A stretch of DNA of 64,000 bases from the human T2T-CHM13v2.0 reference genome, Homo sapiens. The DNA lies in assembly GCF_009914755.1 (NCBI RefSeq), contig NC_060931.1. The stretch is one strand, 5' to 3'. Below, in pieces: positions 40,796 to 61,270 of the stretch (positions within the stretch are counted from its first letter, which is position 1; each line of letters begins with the position of its first letter). The position numbers and the translations under genes are program-made. Below the pieces are notes generated by a model that was given only the letters and a program-made list of their open reading frames with translations, searched no databases and had not been told where the DNA came from.

Positions 40796-41346
40796 TGGTC
40801 CACTGGGCTCTAAGAGACTCTGGGGAGAGCCTGGGAGAGCAGCCTAGGAAGGAAAGGGTTAAGAAAAATCAGGGCTGGCATCCAATATCATGCAGATGTT
40901 GCAGCAGTTTTCAGTTATTGCTAGACTACCTACAGTTATACAACATACAGGAAATACCTCTAATCTTTAATGAGATCCACAGTTGAAGAAGTTTGGCCTG
41001 GCAGCCTTGGTGTCAAGGGCAGGTGCAGACAGAGGAGCAACTATCTCAGAGGAAAATGGGAAAGTGAGGGGTGGGCTGTGGCTTAAGCCCAGTGCGTCTC
41101 TGCTGCACCCCATCTTCCCTGCAGCTCTCACCAGGCAACAGCCTCCATGAGAGTAGGTGGATCCTGCCTGAGCCCAGTCAGAATGCCCCAGACTAGGTGA
41201 ACTCTGTAGGCATGGGGAGTAACACAACAGGCCCACCTTTCACACGTTTCCAAAGTCTAGGCTCCAAGCCTTTTTTTCCCCTTTCCTCTGCAGAGTCCTG
41301 CCACTTCTGAAGCCTTGTCCTCACTTTCTGCCTGCCTCTCCCACAG

Positions 41347-41633
41347 CCCCCATGGAGGCAGGGATCAGCCAGATACCAAGATATCACAGACACACAGGGA
41401 AAAAGATCATCCTGAAATTTGCTCAGATTAGGAACCATTATTCAGTGTTCTGTTATCAATAAGACCAAGAATAGGGGCTGAGGCTGATCCATTATTCAGG
41501 TAGTATTGGCAGCATGACCAAAGGCGGTGCCAAGGAAGGGTACAATGTCTCTGGAAACAAGCTCAAGCATTTTCCCTCAACCCTGGAGTCTACTAGCACC
41601 AGCCAGACCTCTGTACCTCTGTGGCAGTGCATC
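41347..41633 (+). pseudogene. TRBV8-1: TRBV pseudogene V exon (leader remnant ending ~41156); stops, frameshifts, lost Cys/Trp; RSS heptamer CGCAGCC (41634-41672)
   Basis: GAGGCAGGGATCAGCCAGATACCAAG…; TGT TAT CAA TAA…TAG GGG CTG AGG CTG ATC CAT TAT TCA; position between TRBV7-2 and TRBV5-2. Confidence 0.88.
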
Positions 41634-42849
41634 CGCAGCCCTGCACAGCCAGCTGCTCTCTGCACAAAAAAGGGCAGCCACAGGCTGGAGGTGGGCACTC
41701 CTTCCCAAGGCCTCTATCTCAACCAGGAGATAAAGATGCCTTTTTTGAAGCTCTTCTCAGATGTCCCAGCAATGGGCTCCCAGTCTGTGCATCCTCCTGC
41801 AGCAGGAACTTCAGTGTGAGCTGAGGTCCATCACTGTGATGTGGATGCACGAATGCAAACAACACTTAATGTTATTTTACTCAATTCAGAATATTCTGGC
41901 AGTTGCGTAAAATAGGAATAGTAGCTCCCAAAATGAAATTTGTGTCTCATTTTCTTTATGAGAGAAAAGAAAAAAAAACAGAAAGCAGCTGGGCAGCTTT
42001 AACCTGCTTGAGTGATCTGGGATTCTACAAGTCTACAAGTGGTACAAAGAACATCACCTTGGCCTGGATGCCAATGGATACCAAACACTACAAAAAGTAT
42101 TGAAAACAATTTATAAAAGACCTAAATAAACAATCTACTTATAGGAAATGTTAGTAGATCCATCGCATAGTGCCATTATACCTGACGATGATCAACTAGT
42201 GAAATTATTATGTAGAGATTATCAGCTAAGCCTCTACTTATTACCTCTGAGCATAGAGCAGTGTTTGAGCCTTCTGAGGGTATCTTAAGGAAGGAACTTA
42301 ATTCTTACCATTACTTTGGCTTGGATTAAAATCCATGAGCTTGTCGTTTTTATTGTAAAATATTACAGAATAATAATGATCAAACGTTTTATTTTCCTCT
42401 AGCGTTTATTCCTCTTTAGAACGTGCAGGTTGAAGCTCACACACATGAGCAGGGTTCCTTAAGATGAGATCCATTAACTCCAGGACTGGGAGGTACACAG
42501 CTGGCCTTCACAGGAAGTGCAAACCCCAAATGCAGTGACCCCTCCTGTGTCTACGCTGTGCCCAATACCCCTCTGTGAGGCTGCCATAAAGGCGGGCAGG
42601 CTCCTTGCTTGGCAAAAAAATCAGTTCACCAATTGGCCACTTTGCTGAAGACCAGAATAAAAGGCTAAATTGTGAGAATGATGAATGCCCAATTCCCAAA
42701 TTGTGAAATGTGTAACAGTTCACGATTCTTGGAATAATTTCAACCATGTGTGGTTTGTTTTTTTTTTTAAGTTTTTCTTTGTCGACAGCTTTCTTTCGGC
42801 CACTGATCCTCAGTTGTTTCCCAGCCGCCTTGTCAGCTGATCTCATTTT

Positions 42850-48788
<5,939 letters not shown>

Positions 48789-49008
48789 TATATTAGGCCA
48801 TTCTAGCATTGCTATAAAGAATACCTGAGACTGGGTAATTTATAAGAAAAGAGGTTTAATTGGCTCATGGTTCTGCAGGCTGTACAAGAGGCATAACACT
48901 GGCATCTGTTTCTGGGAAGGCTCCAAAAGCTTATAAGTATGCAGAAGGCCAAGGGAGAGCAGGCGCATCACATCGCAAAATCAGGAGCAAGAGATAGAGA
49001 GTGGAGGG

Positions 49009-49373
49009 TGTATTAGTCTGTTCTTATCCTGCTAATAAAGACATACCCAAGACGGGGTAATTTATTTAAAAAAAAAAAAAAGAGGTTTAATAGACTCACA
49101 GTTCCACATGTCTGGGGAAGCCACGCAATCATGACAGAAGGTGAAGGAAGACCAAAGGCATGTCTTACATGGCAGCAGGCAAGAGAGCTTTCACAAGGGA
49201 ACTCCCATTTATAAAATCATCAGAACTCCTGAGACTTATTTACTATCATGAGAACAGTATGGAGAAAACCACCCTCATGACTCAATTATCTCCACCTGGC
49301 CCTCGCCTTGATACATGATGATTATTACAATTCAAGGTGAAATTGGGTGGGGACACAGAGCCAAACCATATCT
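49009..49373 (-). mobile_element. THE1-type solo LTR nested in the MST LTR
   Basis: TGTATTAGTCTGTTC…CAAACCATATC, 365 bp, GAGGG TSD. Confidence 0.85.
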
Positions 49374-49884
49374 GAGGGGGAGCTGCCACACACTTTTAAA
49401 TGACAAGATCTTGCAAAAACTCACTCACTATCGTGAAGACAGCACTAAGCCATGAGGGATCTGCCCCCATGACCCAAATACCACCCACCAGGCCCCACCT
49501 CCATCACTGGGGATGACAATTCAACATGAGACATGGGTGGGGACAAATATTCAATCTCTGTCATTCTGCCTTTTTTCTCTCTCAAATCTCACGTCCTTCT
49601 CACATTGCAAAATACAATCATGCCTTTCCAACAGTCTCCCAAAGTCTTAACTCTTTCCAGCATTAACTCAAAAGTCCAAAGTCTAATGCCTCATTTAAGA
49701 CAAAGCACATCTCTTCCACCTTACTAGCCTGTAAAATTAAAAATATATATATTTACTCTTAAGATACAACAAGAGTATAGGCATGGGGTAAACATTCTTC
49801 TTCCAAAAGGGAGAAATTGGGCAAAAGAAAGGTGCTACAGGCGCCATGCAACTTTGAAGCCCATCAGGAGAGTCATTAAATCTT

Positions 49885-50197
49885 TTTGTTTGTTTGTTTG
49901 TTTGTTTGTTTTTGAGACAGAGTCTTGCTCTGTCACCCAGACTGGAGTGCAGTGGTGCGATCTCAGCTCACTGAAACCTCTGCCTCCTGGGTTCAAGTGA
50001 TTCTCCTGCCTCAGCCTCCTGAATAGCTGGGATTACAGGCACGTGCCATCATGCCTGGTTAATTTCCATATTTTTAGTAGAGATGGGATTTCGCCATGTT
50101 GGCCAGGCTGTTCTCGAACTCCTGACCTCAGGTGATCTTCCTGTCTTGGCCACCCAAAGTGCTGAAATGATAGGCATGAGCCACTGCACCCAGCCAA
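49885..50197 (-). mobile_element. Alu nested in MaLR internal region
   Basis: (TTTG)n tail, TSD AGTCATTAAATCTT. Confidence 0.95.
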
Positions 50198-53100
50198 AGT
50201 CATTAAATCTTAAATCTCCAATAGTTCTTGACTCCATGTTCCACATTCAGGGCACACACTGGTGCAAAGGGGGACTACCAAGGTCTTGGGAGTTCTTCGT
50301 CTGTGGCTTTCCAGAGTTCAGCCCCCAGGGTTGCTTTCACATGTTGTTGGGTGTTTTGGCTTGTCCAGGCACAGGGTGCAAGCTGTCAGTGACAATATCG
50401 ATCTGGGGTCTGGAGGGCAGTTGTCCCCTTTCCAAAACTCCACTAGGCAATGCCCCAGTGGGATTCTGTATGGGGCCTCCAACCTCTAATTTCCTCTCTG
50501 CATTTCCCTAATAGAGATTCTCTGTAAGGTTTCCACCCTTGCAGCAGGCTTCTGCCTGATCACCAAAGATTTTCCATAATTCTCTGAAATCTAGATGAAG
50601 GCTGCCAAGCTTTCTTGATTCTTGCATTATGTACACCTGTAGGCTTGACACCACATGGAAGCCACCAAGGCTATAGCTTGCATTCTCCAAAGTGGCAACT
50701 CAAGCTGTATCTGGGCCCCTTTGAGCCACAGCTGGAGCTGGAGCAGCTGGGATGCAGGCCGATGTGTTCTGAGGCTGGGCAGAGCAGCAGGACCCTGGGC
50801 CTGGCACACAAAACTATTCACTCCTCCTAGGCTTCAGGGCTGGTGATGGGAGGTACTGCCTGGAAGATTTCTGAATTGTCTTCAGGCAATTTTCCCAAAG
50901 TCTTTGCTATTAGCACTTGGCTCTTTTTTAACTATGTTAATATCTCTAACAAGTGGTAGCTCCACAGCCTGCTTGAATTCTTCTCCCACAACATTTTCTT
51001 TATTTGCCACATGGTTAGGCTGCAAATTTTCCAAACTTTTACACTCTGCTTCCTGTTTAAATATACATTCCAGCTTTCAGTGTTTTCTTTGCTCTCACAT
51101 CTGAGTGTAGGCTGTTAGAAGCAGCCAGGCCACATCTTCAACACTTTGCTGCTTATAAATTTCTTCCACCAGATACACTAGGTCATCACTCGCAAGTTCA
51201 AACTTCCACAGATTCCTAGGGCAGAGGCAAAATGCACCCAAGTTCTTTGCTAAGGCATAACATGTGTGACCTTTGCCCCAGTTCCCAATAAGTTTCTCAT
51301 TTCCATCTAAGACCTCAACAGCCTGGACTTCACTTTCCATATCACTATCAGCATTTTGGTCACAACCATTTAACCAGTCTCTCAGAAATTCCAAACTTTC
51401 CATCATATTCCTGTCTTCTTCTGAGCCCTCTAAACTCTTCCAACTTTTGCCCATTACCCAGTTCCAAAGCTGCTTACACATTTTCAGTTATTTTTATAAC
51501 AATACCCAACTTCTTGTATCAATTTTCTGAATTAGGCCATTCTTGCATTGCTGTAAAGAAATACCTGAGACTAGGTCATTTACAAGAAAAATGGTTTAAT
51601 AGGCTCATGGTTTTTCAGGCCGTACAGAAGGCATAACACCAGCATCTGCTTCTGGTGTAGTCTCAAAAGCTTACAATCATGGAAGAAAGAAAAGGGGAGG
51701 CAGGCACATTACATGGTGAAAACAGGAACAAGAGAGAGAAAGAGAGTGTGTGGGGGAGGGAGGGAAGGTCATTTAAAACATACTTTTAAATGACCAGATC
51801 TCACAATAATTCATTCTCTATTCTGAGGACAGCATCAAGCCATAAGGGATCTGCCCCCGTGATACAAACACCCCTCACCAGCATGGGGATTACAATTCAA
51901 CATGAGATTTGGGTGGGGACAAATATCCAAACTATATCCAAAGGAGTCTCACCTGGAGCTGTGGGCTGTGCTGCCTGAGGTTGGGGATGGGGTGGCATAA
52001 GCAATTTCTTGGCCACCCCAGCTGGTATCTCACTAGGTCATGTGTCCCCAAGTCCACTGACTCTGAGTTCAGCACAGCACCAAGACTTGCCCAGGAATTG
52101 TAGTCCTTGTGGCCTGGACTGTGTTTCAAGTTTATTTAGGACCCTAAGGCACTTTAGCCCATGGTAGCGAGGCTAGCCAGAACTCAGGTTCTGACTGCTG
52201 GGATAAGTGATTCCCCTCTGACTAGGGCTGGTCTAAATGTTCTTCCATGAGTGCTGGCTGAGTCCTGCCTGCTGTTGCTATCCACTGTGTGAGGACAGCA
52301 ACGACTTCCAACACAAAGTCCCACAGTCACTGCACTCTCCCTAACCCAAATGCACAGACTGTCTCTCCAAGCCATATGGCCACTGCCAGGGGATGGGGGA
52401 GGCATGGTATTGGCAATTCAAGAGTGTCTTTTCTACCTCTTTAGTGCCTCTTTCAGTGATATGAAGTTAAAACCAGGTACTGTGGTCACTTAGTTGATTT
52501 TTGGTTCTTATGAAGGTGCTATTTTGTGTGGATAGTTGTTCAGTTTGATGTTCTTGTTTGGAGGAACAGTTAACGAAGGCTTCTATTTGGCCATCATGTT
52601 CTACCTTCTTCTTAATCATTCTATTGGGTCTGTAGTGATATCTCTATGCATTTTTCTATAAGTAATTATATTTACATTTTTTTCTGTTTTCATTAGTAAT
52701 TTCTATCTCCTTTTTTCAAGTGTCTGCTTTTAAATTTGCCTGTTTTAAAATCTTACGTTGTTTGTTCTTATATTACTAATACGTATAATATGTTTGTATT
52801 TTTTATATAAACCTTTTGACCATTAAATATATTGAGTTAGTCTTCTCCCAGAGTGGCCTGCCTTTGTACTTTCTGAATAGAGTCTTCTCATGAACTGAAA
52901 TTTTCTATTTTTTGAAGTTTAATTCATATATATTTTTCCTTTTACAGTGACTACTCTTTGCATTTCAAGGATATCTTGCCTATAACAGAATTATGAGTTG
53001 TTCCATTCTGTTACTTACTCTACTCCTCCTCATTAGTAGCCCCATCCCTTTTTCTTTGTCATCACTTGAAAATGCTAAATCTCCAAAATCACAAATTAAA

Positions 53101-55075
53101 TATTCCACTATCTGCCTACAGCTTCTTATCCTATCATACCTGTTCTTTGATATTATTGACATCTCCTCTCCACTGGTAAATATTCTTTCTATTTCCTAGG
53201 GTCCCTACAGAATTTCTTTACTCATTCTAGAGCAGATATGAGGATGTTACGTGTTAAAAATCCTAGCTTGCAAATAGTTATTATTTTATATTGATACTCT
53301 TAGGCTTCCCTTTCATTTACAAAAATAAACAAGAATAAATGCACTGATCTCTTTGGCATGGCAGAAGCTGAATGCTGTCAGAGTAAGTCACACCGGCACA
53401 AACTGTTATCATGATAAATACATAGTCACTAAGCTTACCTGCCTTTATATCCCTGCTTTGAGATTATAGTATGGTCCTTTTACTAGCTCAGTCTTTCACC
53501 CTCCTCAAATATTGTTTCAAATATTTAAGACTTTTTTCCAGTCCCTAATTCTTCTCTTCTTGCCTCTTAAGCCAAAGGCACATCTTGTTAGGACATGCTG
53601 GACCTTGCATCTCTGCAATTAACACAGTTTTTCTACTGTGTGAAGGTGTCACCTTGAGTGAAGATGGTTCTTGTGGACGGGAACCCAGTGTGGGGCTCAA
53701 CTCTAAAGGGATGTGGCAATGGGTCTGAAAATGGGTTCTCAATGAAGCATCACAGTGTCCACTATGTTTATGAAGTAGATCCACCCTGCCACAGACTTCT
53801 AGGTAAGAGGAGGTGAGCATGCATCATGATTCTCTACTAGAACCTCTTTAGATTCCATGTACTCAAGTCATACTATTTATTTTCATACTGCATATTTTAA
53901 TGCTTCTCCCAACTCTTTTGGTAATGCTAATTGCATGTGATAGAATTTTTGTTACTGCTATTTGCAAAGAGTGAGAAATTGTATTATTTCTAATTGCAGA
54001 ATGTTAGAACTTGTATTATTTTGTTAAAGCAAAATAAGATCTCCAAGACTCACTTTTCCATTGCTATGTCTATTAACCATGGTCCTGGAGGTATTGAGGA
54101 GGGATGAAAAGACAATTTACAAAACTGTGGCAAGGTTAAGGAACCCAGTAAGAGAAGAGAAAGGATTATGGGGATAGTATAGTGAGTGCTCTTATTCACA
54201 TTGGCCTAAAATAAGTAGGAGAGTGTGTGGATCTCGGGGCTTTTGACATTTTACATTTGGGGTAAGGATGTTTGTAGGGTGCTGTGACCTTTGGTAGAGA
54301 AAAGCAATCAATATGAAATAGTCCAGCAAGGAGGCAGCCAGGAGACACACAAACCGGGACAGTTGGTTACCCTCTCTCTCTCTACTCTCCTGCCATTGTC
54401 TCTCATAAGACAAACTCACTCTGGAGTACACAAAAAGAGATGCAGTTACTATAATCCATTGGCATCAACCTCTGAAGGCAGGATGGATCTGGAGGGATAA
54501 ACATAACCTGCCCAGAGGATGACTCATAGGGTGGCCTTGTGGGTGCTGAATCCCAAGTGGTTAGGTCTGTGCTGTGAGCTGATAAAGCCCCAGAATTATT
54601 TATGGGGAATCTATACTCCTAATAATTTACAGACAACACAGATCCACTTTGGACTTGATCAGATGGACAAAATCTTGGGGACTTGACATCACTGCGCACA
54701 CAGGGGAGGAGCTGGGATTGTTGTCCAGGAAAGGAAAATATAAGGAGAAACCTTGGTTTGAATTTGGTGTCAGACATATGATGAGAGGACAGCCAGGAAG
54801 ATCTGGAACATGAAGATTTAATTACAGGCCACTAACTCTCAGCTGACGGGCAGGTCTGTGAGTTCCAGAATGGAGCACTGCAGCAGTAGGTGGGGAGGAG
54901 GCTGAGAGGGCGATGAGGCAGTCTGAGTGCTGAGGGCAGTGCAGTCAGAGAAGCAACTGCCTCATCACAGAAGCTTCTGCCCTTACTCATCCCCTTGCTC
55001 TGCAGGATGAGGAGGGAGTTCCATGGGTAGGGACCACTGGACCTAAGGAAGCCTGAAGGGGAAGGACCACAGGAC

Positions 55076-55085
55076 AGTGACATCA
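55076..55085 (+). promoter_or_regulatory. TRBV promoter decamer
   Basis: AGTGACATCA. Confidence 0.8.
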
Positions 55086-55187
55086 CAGGATATCCTTCCT
55101 ATCAGGAAAAGTGAGGCTCAGAACTCAGCTCTTCCTGGGAGGACCAAGCCCTGAGCACAGGTGCAGTGCTGCCTGCTCCGCTGTGCC

Positions 55188-55628
55188 ATGGGCTCCGGAC
55201 TCCTCTGCTGGACGCTGCTTTGTTTCCTGGGAGCAGGTGAATCCTGTGGACAGGACAGCACCCCTATTCTCAGCTTGCCCACCCCTGTGTCCCCCACTTC
55301 ACCATGGGGAGGCACAAGTTCATTCTCCACCTATTTTTTCCTCAGGCCCAGTGGAGGCTGGAATCACCCAAGCTCCAAGACACCTGATCAAAACAAGAGA
55401 CCAGCAAGTGACACTGAGATGCTCCCCTGCCTCTGGGCATAACTGTGTGTCCTGGTACCTACGAACTCCAAGTCAGCCCCTCTAGTTATTGTTACAATAT
55501 TGTAATAGGTTACAAAGAGCAAAAGGAAACTTGCCTAATTGATTCTCAGCTCACCACGTCCATAACTATTACTGAGTCAAACACGGAGCTAGGGGACTCA
55601 GCCCTGTATCTCTGTGCCAGCAACTTGA
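55188..55628 (+). pseudogene. TRBV5-2: TRBV pseudogene; leader 55188-55236, V exon from 55346; TAG 55483, TGA 55540, FR3 deletion/frameshift, heptamer destroyed
   Basis: MGSGLLCWTLLCFLGA; EAGITQAPRHLIKTRDQQVTLRCSPASGHNCVSWY…*; [13 protein letters not shown]; nonamer-like GTACAAACA 55659-55667. Confidence 0.92.
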
Positions 55629-56639
55629 TGCAGGCCTGCAGAGCCAAGAACATTCTGTGTACAAACATCCCTGCCCCAGTGTGGAGAACTTCAGCCCTAA
55701 CATATCTGTGAGAACTTGAGGACTGTAGTGGGAAAGAAAAGCAGTTTCAGGAAGCTGGATCCTAAAACCTGGGGTTTTCTGCCAGTTAGGAGTGGGGATA
55801 ACAAGGCCAAGAGGGTCTGCTCAGGAGGTGGTGAAAACTACCTTCTTCGCCAAACGCTGTACACTATAGGGATAGTGGAAGTGTTTGTAATTTAATAGCT
55901 GGTGCCCTCTTTACAGGGCAGCAGATTTAATTTCAGGGTCAAGATTCTTGATAATAGTGTGGAAGGGAAAATCATAGGGTTTGCTTTATATAATTCAGGG
56001 AGAAGAAAGTGAGATTTGGGGAAATTCTATGAAAGAGAAAATGATCAAAGATAGTTGAAAATAGAGATAGAGCAGAAGGTAATGAAACATGGTGATCTGT
56101 GCACCATGAGCTCCCTTCTCCTCCCACAGTTTTTGATATCCAGAAAATACAAAGAAAGGTCTTATAGCAACTGACATCACCTGGGGACTGGTCCTAGTTG
56201 GGGATATCACAAATAGCAGCCTGCCTGATGTGAGGGCCTTGGGGTTGGTTCTGACATCTTCTTTCTCGACTTCTGGATCTAGTCTTGCCTGCTCGAGGCA
56301 CAGTCAAATACTTCCCAAAACACAAAGGAGGTCAGGTCAGTCTTGGTCCTAAAGGGGCAAATGCTGTCCGTTTTCTCCCAAGATAAAATTCTGCATCCCT
56401 GGGATTCCTCTCTGAGACTCAGTGCCCAGATTCAATTACCTTCTGTAATTAAACAGTTCTTTGAACATTTTCTAAAACTCATCAGCGTTGGTATCATCTG
56501 CATTTCTGCTATTTCCTTGGCCTGGAAACTTTTGTTCTCTCCAGACACATCTAGCCCCTGCTCATCTGTCAAGGATGGTCTCACATCTGCCTTACTCTTT
56601 GCTTCTTACCCTGACATTCCCTGGAACTGGACTGTATCA

Positions 56640-56944
<305 letters not shown>

Positions 56945-57480
56945 CTGGACTGTATCACTTTCTTTTCTTTATTTTCATAAGAAAAGCCAAGTTTATAATT
57001 AATAGTATCTGAAGTTTGTAAAATGAAAAAGTTAATGCATACTTATATAGAATCCTGGAATATCATTAATCACCATCTTCCCTTCAATGGGACTCCTCTT
57101 TCTTAAAATGTAATGAAGATTCTTAGAGACAGTGTCAGTTTTTCATATAATTTCTGCAATATTCTAAGCAATTGTGTCTTCATAGTCAGAATTGATAACC
57201 AATGCTATAAAGTATCCTAACTCTAAGGCTGGAATTTGCAAATACTCTTTTGGAGCAAATAAAATTGTGTTGTAGTAATATTCATCCAGTCTCATGATCC
57301 TGAAAAAACAAATTATTCAGCATAACCACACTTTCCACAGCCACATTTTTAGAGATTTGATGAGACTGGAACATCATCAAAGATGCTTCTCAGAAATCAA
57401 CCTAAAAAACTGAAATAAAAATTAGTTAAGCTCAGTAATGGAATCTTATCATCCTTTCTGAGTAAAAGATATTGTGTGTG

Positions 57481-57768
57481 CAGGAACAGAAAACCAAACA
57501 CCACATGTTCTCATTCATAAGTGGGAGTTGAACAATGAGAACACATGGACATAGGGAGGGGAACATCACACACCGGGGCCTGTCGGGGGGTTGGGGGAAG
57601 GGGAGGGAGAGCATTAGGACAAATCCCTAATGCACGCGGGGCTTAAAGCCTAGATGACAGGTTGATGGGTACAGCAAACCACCGAGGCACATGTATACTT
57701 ATGTAACAAACCTGCACGTTCTGCACATGTATCCCAGAACTTAAAGTAAAATAAAAAAAAAAAAACCC
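57481..57768 (+). mobile_element. 5'-truncated L1PA 3' end
   Basis: CATGTTCTCATTCATAAGTGGGAG…CCCAGAACTTAAAGTA + A tail; 15-bp TSD AAGATATTGTGTGTG. Confidence 0.93.
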
Positions 57769-57773
57769 AAGAT

Positions 57774-57817
<44 letters not shown>

Positions 57818-58096
57818 TGTGTGTGTTTGTGTGTGTTTTCTGTGGAGACTCAGCCGCATGGAAATAGTTTCTCAGGGTGGCATTACTAAGAGGTGTTGGG
57901 TCATTGGCAGAGCTCCTAGGTACTTCTGGGTAAAGAAAGGAAATATCAGACCCAATTGAATCTGCCTAAGTTATATACAGCTCATAGGGTCGTTTATTTC
58001 AAGATTTTTTAAAATTCAGAAATAAATTTGTAAAATTGAAAAATCCTCTTTATAGAATGTGCTATCTAAAATCTGGGAATAATAAATCTAAATATA

Positions 58097-58493
<397 letters not shown>

Positions 58494-61181
58494 TCACACT
58501 GTTTCACCCTGTGGCCTGTATAATTCTGGCTCCTCTCTTCCATCTTAGGATACTCATTGCAATGATGTAGCAGCAGTTTATTGTGCAATCAAGATGTGCC
58601 CTTTTGTTTTCACTGGCCAAGGGTGAATTTGAAGTTCCACCCTAAGTCAACCCTTCTGGGAAAGCAATAGAGAGTGTGTGTGTGAGAGGGTGTGGGTTGC
58701 AGGGGTTGGTGTAGGGGCATCTCTGCTCCTGACTTAGACAATGCTGAGCTCATCAGGTCAGAAGGTGTGAATCCATGAGACTGGAACTTTGGCCACTTGG
58801 AGGTGCTGTGGCTCCACAAAGCTGTGGGGAACCCTGGGGAGGGGTGGAGGGTGACCCAGGAGAGGACGGCTGAAGGGAATGCTTGGCTGCGTGCTGGCAT
58901 CAGGAGGCGGTTGGAATTCAGAGTAGGTCCTGGGACTGCCCAGGGCAAGGTAGGCACACCAGGGACCTCAGTTTGCATCAAGGAGAGAATGTCTTTGCCT
59001 CTGCATGGGCAGTGGAGGGTGAAGAGGCTGGGGCAGCAAGGGCTGGGAGTCAGTGCCAAGAAAGTGACAGGGGTTGTCAGAGAAAAATAAGGTGGGATAT
59101 GGGCATGTGGAGACTGTGTTCCACCTGCCCCACTTTTAATTTCAGGGTTGTGTAGGACAGGAATGGTGCAGGAAGCAGCAGAGCCTGGGGTCTGACAATG
59201 GGTAGAGCAGGCAGGGGTGGCCTGCAGGGAGAGTTACTGGGAAAGGCCGGTTTCCCAAGGAAATGCCTGAAACATTCCTGCCCCACTCAGGAAATGACCA
59301 TGAGGTGGGTGCTGCCAGACAGAGGGGTTCAGGCCCTGCAGAGCTGACAGGCCTTTCCCAGGCACTCCCTGCTGCTTCTACATGTGATCTGCTTTAATGC
59401 CCACTGATATCAGGTAGGGTAAATATGATTTTACCTGTTTATACATATGGGGGAAGCAGCTGTCCCTGTTCTCATGTTTAGTAACCGGCTATAGTCAGTT
59501 CCTCCAACACCTCTGCACGCCGCCCTGCTCTGTACATGTGTCCTCTCCTCTGGCTTCCTCATTTCAGATCCCCGTTAGCAGGAGGGAAAGATCATGTCTC
59601 ATATGTGGTCATTAAAACCTCTTCCCCGACAAGCCCAAGGAACTTCCAGGTCAAGCATCTACATTCATCCTTCACTGTAGGAAAGAAAAAGAAATAAAAT
59701 TTTCTGCACTGTGGACTTTCTGTAACTGATGTAATATACCTTGAGGAAAATGAGCATAAATAGTTGCTATTCATTCATTAATTAATCTTATTCTTTTACT
59801 CAATAAACTTTTTGAGGATCCTTCTTTGTATAAGGTATTCTGTGACATAAAATTGAAAAGAAAAAATATTAAGTGGAAAAAATGTTTCTTGCTTTTTAGA
59901 GTGTTAAGGTTTGCATTTATTTTTTAAATTGTTTTCTTTATTAAAAATAGTTTACTGATTTCTAAATTATACAAATTTACTTTTTTCTCTTTCTTTGGCT
60001 AACTAGTCCCATTTTAGACAGCCATTTAATTTAACTGTGGTAGGAATATGTAATATGAAATATATCTTTTTAACAGATTTTTGTATGTACAATACGGTAT
60101 TGTAATCTACGGGCAAAAGGTTGTACGGCAATCTCTAGATCTTATTCATCCTCCTTAACTGAAATTGTATACCATTGACAGCAACTCTCCATTTACTCCA
60201 ATCCCCAGCCCTTGGAAATTACCTTCACCTTTGCTTCCGTTACTTCAATTATTTACGTTCCATCATATAAGCAGAATCATGTGGTATTTGCCTTTCTGTG
60301 CCTGGCTTATTCACTTAGTGTAATGTCCTGTGGGTTTATCCACATTGTCATATATGGCTGGATTTTCCTCTTTTTAAATGTTTAAAATACTTCTTTGTAT
60401 GCATCTAACATGTTTAAGGTCTGAAGTATAAAATGTGTCATATCTGACTGTTTCTATGAAACAGTCTGTCACATGACTGGCAGTCATTTGCAGAACTGCA
60501 AGCACTGAGTACACTGATGCACATTCACAGTTCAATTCTGCTTCATGGAGAAGACTTAGAGAAAATATTAATCTAATCATTCATTATCATTTTATGATGC
60601 ACAAAATAGAAAGCCTTCATTAGGAAAATTTCAATTAATTAGAAATTCAACTATACGAAAACATCTTAACGTGCAAAAGCTATTCTCATTTTACAGGTAG
60701 AGGAATTGGCCCATAGTTTAAATTACTTGACCAAATTAAGTAGGAATTAGGATGCAGTACTGGGGTTCTAACCCTGGTCTATCAAAGCCCTGTATTTTAT
60801 AGCTATATACTATAATCTATTTCATAACAAATGATGCTTATCTTCACAAAAATTCAAATGTTATCTCCTAGGTCCCTTTCAGACCTGCTGGCTCTAATAA
60901 CATCATAGACAGAAATCAGTTTACCCTGGGCGGGGGGGTGGGAAACAACTATGAATGGGTACCATGACATCAAGCCTGACTCCCATTCTAGCACCAGCTC
61001 CTCAAGACGTGAGGCCAGTTCTTGACAGATTTGGCTTAGTTTGTTTTCTGTTTTTTTGTTTTTGTTGTTGTTGTTGTTTGTTTGTTTTAATCTATGAAAT
61101 GAGACTGCTACTGTCCATCTGCAGGGCTGTGTACAAAATTAAATAGCATAAAGTATCTAGCATGTAGCAGAAATCTAGATA

Positions 61182-61270
61182 TTAGGTTGGTGCAAAACTA
61201 ATTGAGGTTTTTGCCGTTACTTTTAGTTACTTTTAATGGTAAGAACTGCAATACTTTTGTACCAACATAA
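61182..61270. mobile_element. MADE1 (mariner MITE)
   Basis: TTAGGTTGGTGCAAAA…TTTTGTACCAACATAA flanked by TA; absent from paralogous sites at ~3067, ~7215 and ~28867. Confidence 0.88.

Larger units (their letters stand above)
48789..51940 (-). mobile_element. full MaLR element (MST-type LTR-internal-LTR)
   Basis: LTRs ~48789-49562 and ~51528-51940 (ATTAGGCCATTCT…GCATTGCT…AAAG); MaLR internal remnant QLWNWVMGKSWKSLEGSEED. Confidence 0.85.
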
